From positions 11,906,001 through 11,970,000 of the forward strand of contig OZ249436.1 in assembly GCA_965235115.1 (NCBI GenBank): a stretch of DNA of 64,000 nt, in the 5' to 3' direction. The position numbers were made by a program, and so were the translations under genes. Position 1 is the stretch's first letter; each line of letters opens with the position of its first letter. Of the stretch, positions 52,091 through 64,000 are shown one piece after another. The notes under the pieces were generated by a model. It was not told the origin of the DNA. It searched no databases and was given only the letters and a program-made list of their open reading frames with translations. The DNA comes from Laetmonice hystrix. Taxonomy: Eukaryota.

Positions 52091-54683
52091 TATAAGGCTC
52101 CCTACACCTTTTCTAGGTGGTCTTCACTCCCCGATGGTAATATTTTGACCTCGATTTTCCCGGATAAGAAGACCAATGTCACTGCCGAAAAATTCCAAGA
52201 TGGCGTAAACAACAATTCATTTGCATAAAGCTGTGAACCACTGCGCATCTCTTCGCGCAACCTTGCCAACGCCCTGGATACGTATATTTCGCTCTTTCAT
52301 GAGCAAAAATGTTGTCTTGCAAATAAGTCAACCTCTCCAAATACGCGTGAGAATGTTCAGACGAGAACAGTCTCTCCTGCAACCGTTCCCTCAAATAGCT
52401 CTACACACTGCTGTCGTGACGACAACACTGCGGAGAAAGCGGCGACAGACCCGGCTAACGTTACCGGGGAGCAGTTCGTGTTTGATGTTCCGGGCACCTG
52501 CTGGCTTTGCCAAACTGCCTTTGGGAGTGCTCTGGAGCCAGAGCTTTCCATGAGGGATGAGGATTCTAGCGGGACTTTGAGGAACTGGGTTTCAATTCTG
52601 CTAATATTGAAAATACTCTCTGCTGATATTGATAGTACTCAAGCAGGCCAAGTTGAAAATATTAATTTAGGCAATTCTTGGATTGGGAGGGGTGGGGTTA
52701 AAAAGTTGCAACTCAACCAAAATGTAGGGCTCCGCCTACATATAGCCTAGGCCTATAAACTAAGTGCAGATTCAACAAAGTATCAGAGGCTTTGGGTCGA
52801 AACATTCAGGTTGAAAAATAAATTATCAATGATGAATCGTATAGCCCTACACACCAAGTGACTTACTTACTATAGCCGGCGAAAAAAAAATTTGGAAAGC
52901 CCCCCCCCCCCAAAAAAAAAACCATTTCCCGGCATCTGGATCGAGATCAAAATTCTGACGGAAATGGGTTGGGGGGGGGGGGGGCTAGAAACCCCCTTGG
53001 GTACGGGCCTGGTCGGGAGTTCCAAGAGGTTTAAAACGTTCAAAGGGGGGGGGGAAGAAAAAGAGGCGTCTTAGAGCACGAAACAAGGTTTGAAATGGCT
53101 GAAGTGATAACTATCAGGAATTTTTGTGGGGTGTAGGGGCCTATTGCTCGAACAGTATGTCTAGGCCTATATCTATATCTTATAGGCGTACGTGGTACTG
53201 TTCCTCGTCGTTTTCAGGAAATAACTTGTATTGATTCAGAAATTTATTCCTGACCAGATGCGGGAATTAAACGTGATTATTCTTCTCCGTTTCCTTTTGT
53301 ATAGATTCTTTATGCTTGATTTTCTCGAATCGGGTACCTATAGGCCTATATGTAGCCCCCTATATGGGTCTCTATAGGCACGTCTACTGTCCTTGGGAAT
53401 CATATTTGAATTTGTTGGTATTTGGTATTAGAGGATAGAAGACTTATAACAGCCTTATTGAATCATTTTCGACAGAGGGGCACTTTGTCAGCACAGAGCT
53501 ATGCAAGAAGAAAAATTACGGGAGAAAAGGCAACGTATATCTTGCTTAATCTTGTTTTTGACACAGAAGTTGTTCCACATAAAATACGCTGATAAATTTT
53601 AAATTTTAAGGGCACCGTTGGCCAAAGGGGGGGGGGGGATATGTATCTCTGCCGTAAATTCGACCCGGATTACAAGGTATAAGGTCCATACAATGCTAAA
53701 ATGATGGTCATATTTTCTTCATCTCATATTCCGAGTTTTAGATTCCATTTTTCTTATGCATACGGCTAATTCCACGCCAAATATATTTCAACCTATTCAT
53801 AAATGATTTATTCGGAGGTCACGATTGGGATATTGGCAGCGGAGAACCCACCTGCCGCGATGCTATACGCGATGTGACGCGATGCGAAGCTCCACGTACA
53901 TCGCGTAGCATCGCGTTATGCACGTGTGTTCCCCGTTTGAACCAGCTGGGTTTAAATAAAAATAAGTAAGAAACTTGAGGCGGTGTTCCTTCACATATTC
54001 ATGAAATTATATACGCCTATACCCCATTTTTTATTCTCAAAGGCTTATACAATATCTACAAAATCTACAAAAGCCCCCCCCCCCATCCTCCATAAAATTA
54101 TTGGGGGTCAGTGCCCCCTCGGGCTCCCCACTTCTGTCGCCTGCTCAGAATGAGATAGCAGGTTATACTTTACCGCGATATTAAAGGTGCTATTCGTGAA
54201 CAAAAATTCAATTTTTTTATTTTTAATTTTGTTGACGTTTATGTGATCCCACCTGTCATGGAAATAGATTCACAACAAAGGAAATCAAAATTTTTCATGG
54301 ATAACGGCACAAATGGGGCTCTCTCAGAAGGCCTGTGGAGACCCTGACACGCCCCACCATAGGAAATGGCTCTATCTCGGTGCGCACCGAGATAGGTTTC
54401 AAATGCTGCACACAAACTAATAGAAGGTTTATCAGGCAAATGGTATCGGTAGGAATTTTTTCTAGTACTATGTGCACAATGTATGATAGGAGAAATGCCA
54501 TTCTGTGCGAGACAAATAGCACCTGTAAGTAACGAAACCTGAAGAGTATAATTGCTTCACACGTATACGAAAGTTTTACTCTGCTAAATTAAACTTTTCT
54601 TTTTTTCCCGGTAAAACAAATCGTAAGACTGGACTTTTTAACTTCGACTATAGCTTTAATTCGTATTTGACTCACCCTATATC

Positions 54684-55130
54684 CATAGGCGGCAGAACAG
54701 GGGGCAAGGGGCGTCAGCCCCCCCCCCCTTTAAATATTGGGGGGGGGGCGAGAATGTCCCTCACCTGTCAAAAATATAGGCACTCCCAAAACTGCTATAC
54801 GTCCCCAGAAGACATCTCAGGTTCTCCCAGAAGAGACTACCCCCAAAATTTTCTGTGGGCTACGCCCACCCAATAAACCATCCTCTAAAATATCAATTCT
54901 GCCCCCCCCCCCCTTTAAATATTGGGGGGGGGGGCGAGAATGTCCCTCACCTGTCAAAAATATAGGCACTCCCAAAACTGCTATACGTCCCCAGAAGACA
55001 TCTCAGGTTCTCCCAGAAGAGACTACCCCCAAAATTTTCTGTGGGCTACGCCCACCCAATAAACCATCCTCTAAAATATCAATTCTGCCCCCCCCCCCTC
55101 CCCCGATCAAATTTACTTCCGCCGCCTACG
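54684..55130. mobile_element. hAT-like MITE with 5-bp TSD and internal ~184-bp tandem duplication
   Basis: TIRs CATAGGCGGCAGAA / TTCCGCCGCCTACG; TSD ATATC/ATATC; internal copies at ~54718-54901 and ~54902-55087. Confidence 0.8.
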
Positions 55131-55861
55131 ATATCTTGTATTCAATTGGTGAACTCCTCATAACTTTCACATGAATGCAAAGAGGTGTAAATCTAATATC
55201 ATATTCGTTACCACATTTCTCACCAGGCGGCATATTCCCGCTTCCTCGTGGAAAACGCGTCCTTAGAAATATGAACCGCTCCCTATATATATCCCAAATT
55301 ACCCCAAATAATCATATCTTGGTCGGGCTATTTCGATTTCGTAGAACCGGGAGTCCGTGTACTCTCCCGCATACACTTTGAGTATCCGTATCAGTTTTGA
55401 TGACCGTTAAATGTATGTTTTGCAATAGACTTCCCTTTGTGTGCAAATCATTTGACTGTTCAAAATTATAAGAGATTTTCGACGCTAGGATCTGCGACTG
55501 TAACTGCTGCGAATATGCCGTTTTCCACTCTCTGCTGCTGCATTTGTTTTTGACAACAGATGGCAGCACACGCTATCGACAGAAAGCACCTGGAGGGTAC
55601 ACAAGTCTGTCATCCAAGAAGTGCAATGCCAAGAATTGTACAATCCTGTAGGGCCTATACCTACATAGGCCTACATAAATTGATTTTAGGTTTAGGATCT
55701 TCTTTAAAATCTGATAGTATCATACGTTTAATTTGTTAACCCCATAACCCGAAAAGGGCCTCTTAATTAGATACACAGCCCGATTTACGGACGATTTTGA
55801 GATTCTTCATAGTTTTCCCAGGCAAGAAAAATCGGCCGTATCTCAAAATCGGCCGTAAATC

Positions 55862-56242
55862 TATGGGACGCCGTTGGTACTTTTATTCAGCAATTACAGA
55901 TATCTTCAAATATTTGAAGATAATTACCTTCAATTCATTTGAAGATATCTTCAATTCATTTAAAGATATCTTTAAATATTTAAAGATATCTGCAAATTTA
56001 CAGATATCTGCAAATATTTAAAGATATCTGTAATTTACAGATATCTTCAAATCATTTGAAGATGTCTGTATAGATGCTGATTTCCAGATATCTGCAAATG
56101 AATTGTGGATATTTTCAAATGAATTGTGGCTAGCGTATCTTCAAATGAATTAAAGATATCTTCAAATGAATTGAATATATTCAAATAGGCCTATTTGAAG
56201 ATATCTGGAAATGCTGAATAAAAGTACCAACGGCATTCCATA
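55862..56242. mobile_element. TA-flanked palindromic MITE with GATATC-rich interior, nested in another MITE (about 55772-56258)
   Basis: TIRs TATGGGACGCCGTTGGTACTTTTATTCAGCA / TGCTGAATAAAAGTACCAACGGCATTCCATA; outer IR TACACAGCCCGATT / AATCGGGCTGTGTA. Confidence 0.8.
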
Positions 56243-56264
56243 TTAATCGGGCTGTGTAAAGCTA

Positions 56265-56374
56265 AAGGCCCAGATATACAGACCGATTTACGGCCGATTT
56301 TTCTCCATAGTTTTCCGAGAGAAATCGGCCGTATCTCAAAATCGGCCGTAAATCGGTCTGAGTATCTGGGCCTT
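56265..56374. mobile_element. 110-bp palindromic MITE, same family as the outer element at 55772-56258
   Basis: AAGGCCCAGATA...TATCTGGGCCTT; shares CGATTTACGG / AAATCGGCCGTA core. Confidence 0.7.
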
Positions 56375-57199
56375 CCCGTGCTCTGTTATTTTAAAAGATA
56401 TAAAAGCACTGCGTCACTGCCATCCATGCATCATGCATACCTCGATCTCCTCGATCTAGAAGCGGCTTGAATACACGCCCCCCCCCCCCCTCCATATTCC
56501 TAAATCTTCACTCTTTGTTTTATAGAGTAACATTTAGCAAAAGTCATGGTTACTCTGTTTTCTATTACGTCAGCTGGACAACTACTACTATGACGAAACA
56601 ATGTGGCGGTAACACGTTGCGCTATCCTAGGTGGTATTGTATATTGTGACGTTATAGTGATGCTTTGTTTTAGGCTGACGTAGATGTCGGCATTACGTCA
56701 CAATTCGTAGGTACGCGCGACCCAGATTTTTCTGGGTACGCGCGTACCTACGAATATAATATAGGTCACGCACTGTCCCCGTGCTGCCGTAGCCTCGGCT
56801 CGGAGAGGGGAAGGGGATAATACTAGGGCCCTCTCCCCTAAAATATTTACAACTATTATACCTACCTAGATCTACTTGGTGCTGATATCTGCGGGGTTAG
56901 GCCTAGTTCATATCTAACCCCCTAGGTGTCGCCGTGTCTGAATTAGTTGTGCGATGCTTCACTAGGGAGCGCATCGTTTGGTCTCAACAAAACTACTGTA
57001 CAAGGGATCACTACTCTGGCTCTTGGGTGTTGAAACAGGGAGCAGGGGGGGGGGGGGCATGCCCCCCCCCCCCATATCTAGATCTGATCCGCCCCTGTCA
57101 AGGGATCAAGGCCTGCCCTCCCCCAACAATAAATAAATAGGCCTAGGCCTACTATGCTTCCGCGGGTTTATGCCCCCTCCCTCAGCCCCCCCCCCCCCC

Positions 57200-57445
57200 C
57201 GGCCTGTTTTTTTTGGTTTACTTTTCCACCCTGAGCAAGGCCAAGGGTGAGCTGAGCTGAGCAAGGGTGAGCATATTAAGCTCCTGCTCACCGTTTTCAT
57301 GTTTTTTTTTTTTTTGGGGGGGGGGGGGGGGGGTTCTTGAGGCGGGCTCATGGTGAGCAAGCTCACGGAAAAAAGGAAACGATGAGCTCGATCATGCTTA
57401 CCTTTGCTCACGGTGGAAGAGTATAAACAAAAAAACCGGGCCCAG
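57200..57445. mobile_element. Short MITE related to the 48336-49312 element
   Basis: Right end AAACCGGGCCCAG and TGAGC/GCTCA repeats; left end degenerate. Confidence 0.6.
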
Positions 57446-58713
57446 GTGTCTTGTCTTTACAATTTTCGTCGGGGAGAGGGGGGGGGGAGTCCCGGTCCCC
57501 CATAGATTGCCTCATTCATTGCGATCTCTATAATAGGCCTACAACTCATCAATTAATTAATTCAGCCGCGCCCCCTCCCCCGGTAAAGTTTCTTTCCGCC
57601 GCCTATAGCTATGATTATATACACAGACGACAGAGGGCACCTTCTGTGTTGGTAAGACGACCTAGTCTACGGGAGAAAAACTTTAAATGATACAGTTGAA
57701 ATGCAGCATTCTGGCGCTTTCCTTTTCTTTAAACAACTTTCTATTGTATTCTTTCTTACACTTTCTTTTTCGTAGGACATAGGCGTAGCATTTCCGATGC
57801 AAACTCCGTAATTAGGGCCTACGTATGGTTTATTGGGTCTTAATGGTCCGTATGCTGAAAGTTCCCTGTCTAGAAGCCTGAGCCGTCTATAAGAGTTGGC
57901 AACACTGTTATAGCCAGGTAATCCTTGCCTCTAGTTCGATCCGTGGATGAGCATCCCACCATGTACGTTCTGTCACGCCTGGCCGCAGTGTTTTGTAAAC
58001 AAGACAGTATCACGTGGACTCCGAAGTTCATCATTGGCGCCATCTGACGTCAAAACTGCGTGCATGCGTAATGAAATTTTCAATATGGCCGCTTACATAG
58101 GTGGTACTTGACATCCCATGTAACTTTGTGGAATTATAACCATCACACAGAAGAATGACCTAATCATTTGATGCAGAATGACGGTCTGACTTACGGTAGG
58201 TAATTTAGACCCATCATTTCATGTGAAATCGAGTTGTGTTTGAAAGCGTTAGCCATTGAACGATGTGACCGGGTCCCCTCCCCCTCTGTCTCTGTGGCAT
58301 GTCAGTCAGACTCAGTGGAGGCTGGTGTGGTGGTCTAGTCGACTATCTATGGTGCAGTGGAGTGGTGCTCATTCATTCGTTGTTTTGGTCGGCCGAAGGC
58401 AACGGTGATGATGTCTGTCATCAATATTAAGCACATTCTTCATTCTCAGAGTATAGACATATTTGACAATGTAGACTTAGGTGTAGTAACTTAGACTTAG
58501 GCCTCGACTTAGTCTTACTCTTAGTGACTAGTGTCCCTTTCAGTAGTGAGTGTTGTATCCAAGCTGAAATTAAAACTATGCACATGCATGATGCAGCAGA
58601 TGCAGTCACATCAAACTCAAAATTAAATCGATTGATTTCGTGAATTGCTCGGGTGCCTGGGCTTCCTCTATGCAAGAATAGTCCTTAGCCACTGTGGCTA
58701 AACGCACCTATAC

Positions 58714-60655
58714 TAGGGTGTTTCGGCCATTTTTAAATAGGAAAGATACTGTTTTTTTATTGTTATCACTGCATAGAACACACAATTCTAAGACCTACAG
58801 ATTTTAAATGAAGTCTCTAGCACCATTATTAACAAAGTTATGACTATTTTAGTGGGTCAAAAAATGGGTCCTCGAGGGGATCGCTGGGCCTATTCAAAGT
58901 AGTGGAAGCCATGGCACCAGAAATCCCACTTTTACAGAAATCGAGAAACTGTATTTTTAACAGAATATATGATATCTGAAAAAGTTTTGGTCTAATTTCA
59001 ATTTGGTTTTTAATAATAAGTAGGTCAACCCCTCGCCTTTCATAATTTCGTCGAATCCAAGATGGCGGCCAAGATGGCGGCCAAGATGGCTGCCGTGTCA
59101 CGAGTCAAAACAGATACCAAATAAAATTTTATGATTTTTTTTGCACAGCAGTCTGCTGAATCTTACTAAATGTACTCTATTTATTGTTTAACTGTTCCAA
59201 GACAGTTATTTAATGAATATAGACGTTATTTAAATTCAAAATGACGGCAAAAATGGCCCCTAAAATCTAAGGTGGATGAAAAAAAGCATGGAAGCATGTA
59301 ATCACAAGTAACAGAAAGTTCACAAAATCACAACTGATCAGGGAGGGGCAGATCCAGGTTTGTGCCGAGGGGGTGGGTGTTGTGGGGTGCCAAGAGGGGG
59401 GTTGTAGGTGCCTTTCAATCAGAAAGAAAAATCACTGCCTAAGGGAAGGGGGGAGTTGCAATCCCAGAACCCCCCCCCCCCCCCCCCCGCCCTGGATCCG
59501 CCAATCCAATGCTGGTCATTTCTATTCTAATTAACTTTCATAGATCTATGTTTCTTGCCAACTTGACTTCGGTTTACGGTTAATTAAGATGACATAAAGT
59601 CAAGACAGAAGTGGCCATAAAGTAAAATACAAAGACACATTGTACCATTACCAGGACCAGCCAAACGCACACCGCCCCAGCCACCCCCCACTGCACTGGC
59701 TCACTCAAGAGCCGCCGTCAGTCACCGCCGTGTCGCCGTGCGTGTGCTACCGCTGCGCTGTTGCCTGTTCAACAGGCTGTCAGTTGGCGTACTCTCACCC
59801 TCAACAACTTTACAGCAAGGGTATACTAGAGCTGACCTCGTCTGCACTTGTTAAATCCATCTTTAAAAGCCCCAGTATGCTAACAGTCTATTGATAAGTA
59901 ACTGCCAAAGACCCGGGCGCTGGCGGGCACAGCACTGCGAAGTAACCGCCATCACAGGCCGTCAACAATGCCCGGTCTGCCGCCCGCGCTAGCGTCAAAA
60001 GTCGGCAAACGTCACATTTGTGCCGGCGTTGACACCGGCGCGCCATTTTAATCACAAACCGACCCAGTCATGCATTTTTCAAATCAAAAACCTCCACTCA
60101 TAGTAACATTAACCTCTTAAAAAACTAGCCCAATTGAATTTACGTGACTTCATTTAACTAGATCCGAGTGAACTAACTACCGACCTAAGATGATTCCAAT
60201 AGTTATTTTCAAATCTGTGACAGTTTCGATCGTATCTCCGTTGTTTACTGACCTTCAGATTTAGTTCAAACGGTTCCAGAATCCTCAGCCTCTTTTCTAA
60301 CAGATGGCCCTATTGTTTTAGTCTTTCATCCAATAACGGCGAGAGGTTTTTAATTTGTCTGTGATGCGATTTTCGTCACAATCACAAAAATGCGCGTCAC
60401 AGTGCTCCCAGAGAGGTGGAGCTCCGTCGCGGCCGTAACGCCATGAAGAACTCTCCATAATTCTAGAAATCGACGATCTTTGGTCTTAAAAACTCGTCAG
60501 ACATCGTGCTTAACATGTTTTACGTGCACCACGCGAGTTTCATCTTTAAAAAACTTTTAGTTTTATAGATACAAGGTGTTGTTTGCACATTGTCCAGCCA
60601 CGATGGCGAAATGTGGCGGAATCCCCTTGTTTTGGTCACGTGACGAAACTCCCTA
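58714..60655. mobile_element. hATw-like non-autonomous transposon, 1942 bp, 7-bp TSD
   Basis: TIRs TAGGGTGTTTCG / CGAAACTCCCTA; TSD CCTATAC (58707-13, 60656-62); empty site present at about 61998-62004. Confidence 0.9.
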
Positions 60656-62017
60656 CCTATACTACTCTCGGTGAAGAGAGCGCCTTCTGGGAGGTGCGGA
60701 GCGCCCGTTGAGAGGTGCCCGTACAGTGGTTAGAGGAGCAGACCATTATTAATATTTCGGGGGTAGGCCTACTATACCGTATACATTGACTCTAGTCGCT
60801 TGAGAGTCAGGCTACCCCCAGGGGCCCCCTATGGGAGGGAACCAAACCAAAACCATCCCATCACCTCCCCCTTGATCTAGGCTAGGCCTAGAGTAGACCT
60901 AAGATTGTCCCCATCTAATCATTTCGGTCGACTTTTAAGTACGAGTCTGCCTACCTAGAAATGATTAGATGGGGACAATCTTAGGTCTAGGCCTAGCCTA
61001 GGTCAAGGGGGAGGTGATGGGATGGTTTTGGTTTGGTTCCCTCCCATAGGGGACCCCTGGGGGCAGCCTGACTCTCCTGGTGCCACTTGAGAGGTCGACT
61101 TTTAAGTACGAGTCCGCCTACCTAGAAATGATTAGATGGGGACAATCTTAGGTCTAGGCCTAGCCTAGGTCAAGGGGGAGGTGATGGGATGGTTTTGGTT
61201 TGGTTCCCTCCCATAGGGGGCCCCTGGGGGTAGCCTGACTCTCGAGCGACCAGAGTCAATGTATACGGTATAGTAGGCCTACCCCTGAAATATTAATAAT
61301 GGTCTGCTCCTCTAACCGCTGTACTGGCACCTCCCAGAAGGCGCTCTCGCACGCGCAAGTAGGGTTAGTCGCTAAACGGGTAACCAAATGCTTTAGCCAT
61401 ATCCGAATTTGTTCAGCCATATTTTTTTCTCCAAATATATACAAACCTAGGTAGGTGCACCTTTCAGAAATAGATGGCATGAGATTCGGCCATCTCCAGA
61501 TTTTAAAGTTTGCCAGCGTGGCAGAAACATGGTGTGGTTTATTATACTCCATTTGCTGTAATTTTCGCCAAAGTGAACGTGGCAAATGGCTAGAAGTCAG
61601 ACTCAGTGGAGGCTGGTGTGGTGGTCTAGTCGACTATCTATGGTGCAGTGGAGTGGTGCTCATTCATTCGTTGTTTTGGTCGGCCGAAGGCAACGGTGAT
61701 GATGTCTGTCATCAATATTAAGCACATTCTTCATTCTCAGAGTATAGACATATTTGACAATGTAGACTTAGGTGTAGTAACTTAGACTTAGGCCTCGACT
61801 TAGTCTTACTCTTAGTGACTAGTGTCCCTTTCAGTAGTGAGTGTTGTATCCAAGCTGAAATTAAAACTATGCACATGCATGATGCAGCAGATGCAGTCAC
61901 ATCAAACTCAAAATTAAATCGATTGATTTCGTGAATTGCTCGGGTGCCTGGGCTTCCTCTATGCAAGAATAGTCCTTAGCCACTGTGGCTAAACGCACCT
62001 ATACTACTCTCGGTGAA

Positions 62018-62523
62018 GAGAGCGCCTTCTGGGAGGTGCGGAGCGCCCGTTGAGAGGTGCCCGTACAGTGGTTAGAGGAGCAGACCATTATTAATATTTC
62101 GGGGGTAGGCCTACTATACCGTATACATTGACTCTAGTCGCTTGAGAGTCAGGCTACCCCCAGGGGCCCCCTATGGGAGGGAACCAAACCAAAACCATCC
62201 CATCACCTCCCCCTTGATCTAGGCTAGGCCTAGAGTAGACCTAAGATTGTCCCCATCTAATCATTTCGGTCGACTTTTAAGTACGAGTCTGCCTACCTAG
62301 AAATGATTAGATGGGGACAATCTTAGGTCTAGGCCTAGCCTAGGTCAAGGGGGAGGTGATGGGATGGTTTTGGTTTGGTTCCCTCCCATAGGGGGCCCCT
62401 GGGGGTAGCCTGACTCTCGAGCGACCAGAGTCAATGTATACGGTATAGTAGGCCTACCCCTGAAATATTAATAATGGTCTGCTCCTCTAACCGCTGTACT
62501 GGCACCTCCCAGAAGGCGCTCTC
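62018..62523. repeat. ~500-bp near-perfect foldback palindrome (second copy at 60676-61348)
   Basis: GAGAGCGCCTTCTGGGAGGTGC...CTAATCATTTC, ~32-nt loop, GAAATGATTAG...GCACCTCCCAGAAGGCGCTCTC. Confidence 0.92.
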
Positions 62524-62932
62524 GCACGCGCAAGTAGGGTTAGTCGCTAAACGGGTAACCAAATGCTTTAGCCATATCCGAATTTGTTCAGCCATATTTT
62601 TTTCTCCAAATATATACAAACCTAGGTAGGTGCACCTTTCAGAAATAGATGGCATGAGATTCGGCCATCTCCAGATTTTAAAGTTTGCCAGCGTGGCAGA
62701 AACATGGTGTGGTTTATTATACTCCATTTGCTGTAATTTTCGCCAAAGTGAACGTGGCAAATGGCTAGAAGCCCAGGGTGCCGCTCTCTATTTCAAAGTG
62801 TGTGTGCGTGTGCATGTGGGGGGGGGGGGGGGGACAGGCAGCCCAAACACTAATAGCTTTAAAAATCTTAATTTCCCCCAAATACTTTGCTGTGCAGATA
62901 TATTAAATAAATCTACAGTATCCGTCTACTAA

Positions 62933-63143
62933 AGGGCTTGATCCACTAAGGCGATTTCCCTTGCGATGCCCATGCAATTCTTGATTTAATGGTGGAATTT
63001 CATTCTGAAATTTTTCCTGGCTGGCCTTTCCTGTTTAAGGAAATGGGTTCCATCCTTTAATCTCAAAATCACAGTAAAATAAAAGGCTGAGGTCAAAATT
63101 GCATGGCTATCGCAAGGGAAATCACCTTAGTGGATCAGGCCGT
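62933..63143. mobile_element. PIF/Harbinger-like MITE
   Basis: ~45-bp TIRs AGGGCTTGATCCACTAAGGCGATTTCCCTTGCGAT / ATCGCAAGGGAAATCACCTTAGTGGATCAGGCCGT; TAA/TAA flanks. Confidence 0.85.
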
Positions 63144-63359
63144 TAAGTCTAAGTAGAGTGTTTTAACTTTAAGCCAGTTTGATGCACTTGCTATGGGCTG
63201 CTCTGGTCAAGTTTCAACACTCTAGGTCTTTCTGTCAACTTTACTTGGACATCAAACCCTAGGAATCTGTCATCCCTGTGTATGTGAAGTGTCCAATTCC
63301 AGTCACGGTTTGGCAGTGGGTTGCAGAGTTGACCTTTGAAGCCTTTTGGTTGGCCAGTG

Positions 63360-63766
63360 TAGACCCAGTCAAATTCCGTGATCCTTGCCAGGAAATTCCG
63401 TTTTGAATTTTTAAAATTCCGTTTTTTTCCGTTTTAGTATTTTCTCAGTATAGAGGGTGTCCCAAAAAATGCACAACCATATCTGCACACCTGTCACATT
63501 TGCGAGTCCAGTCTGTTTGCTCTAAGAAGAGCTCGAGTATATTCATGACCCTCCCACCCCACTCCTCTAGCGGGTCCAGTCAGGCCAACCCAGGTCCCAG
63601 CTACACTGTATACGGTCGACTGGGGAATTACCAGTAGTAAAAAAACGTTTTCCGTCATTTTCCGTTTTACACTGGAAATTCCGTTTCAGATAGGAAATTC
63701 CGTTTCAAATAGTAAATTCCGCGATTCCGTCCGCGATTCCGTGATCGCGGAAATTGACTGGCTCTA
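63360..63766. mobile_element. hAT-like MITE with 6-bp TSD, copy 2
   Basis: Same TIRs and interior as 42227-42606; perfect TSD CCAGTG/CCAGTG. Confidence 0.93.
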
Positions 63767-64000
63767 CCAGTGGGAAGCCAGGGAATCCAAACTGGTTGTC
63801 TGGAAATTAAGTATAATTGCTGAAAAGGACCCCAAAGACCAAAGAATATATGAAGTGCCAATCCTAAGTCTAAGAGCTGATTGTTGAGCTAAATCTACCC
63901 AGAGACCTTCCACAACTAGATCTCCAACTGCAGCATCTGCCTGGACCAAGCCTATGTAACAGGCCTCATTCAGCTCGGCCTATGAGCAACCCCCCTTACC

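Larger units (their letters stand above)
58304..62771. repeat. Tandem duplication of a ~1.18-kb unit (copy 1 interrupted by the hATw-like element and carrying an extra 167-bp arm)
   Basis: 58304-58713 matches 61595-62004; 60663-61596 matches 62005-62771 apart from a 167-bp internal duplication; identical ORF translations in both copies. Confidence 0.95.

Noticed and set aside
54737..55174. 145-aa repetitive ORF
   Set aside because: Translation of the internal duplication of a MITE.
58427..62760. Pairs of identical ORFs (82 aa and 109 aa)
   Set aside because: By-products of the tandem duplication; no domain or splice structure recognised.

Overview
Animal (invertebrate, probably spiralian or other marine bilaterian) nuclear DNA; no prokaryotic features. 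Two protein-coding genes lie on the minus strand. The first is a two-exon forkhead gene most consistent with FoxAB (2007-1449 and 873-20, 470 aa). The second is a 13-exon calcineurin A catalytic subunit gene (52090 to 14737, 492 aa; all GT-AG junctions and phases checked by hand). The most interesting signal is in calcineurin introns 10 and 11, on either side of the calmodulin-binding exon. They lack recognisable transposons and carry several frame-preserving microexon candidates (12, 12 and 21 nt in the CnB-helix/CaM-site linker) plus possible alternative terminal exons that would remove the autoinhibitory domain. These are sequence-only predictions. The other introns and the flanks hold many non-autonomous DNA transposons: hAT-like elements with perfect 5-, 6-, 7- and 8-bp target duplications, Harbinger-like and Tc1-like MITEs, a Helentron-associated-like element, and a Harbinger relic retaining both ORF starts. 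There is also a 25-bp satellite and a tandem duplication containing a ~500-bp foldback, which shows both the filled and the empty site of one insertion.
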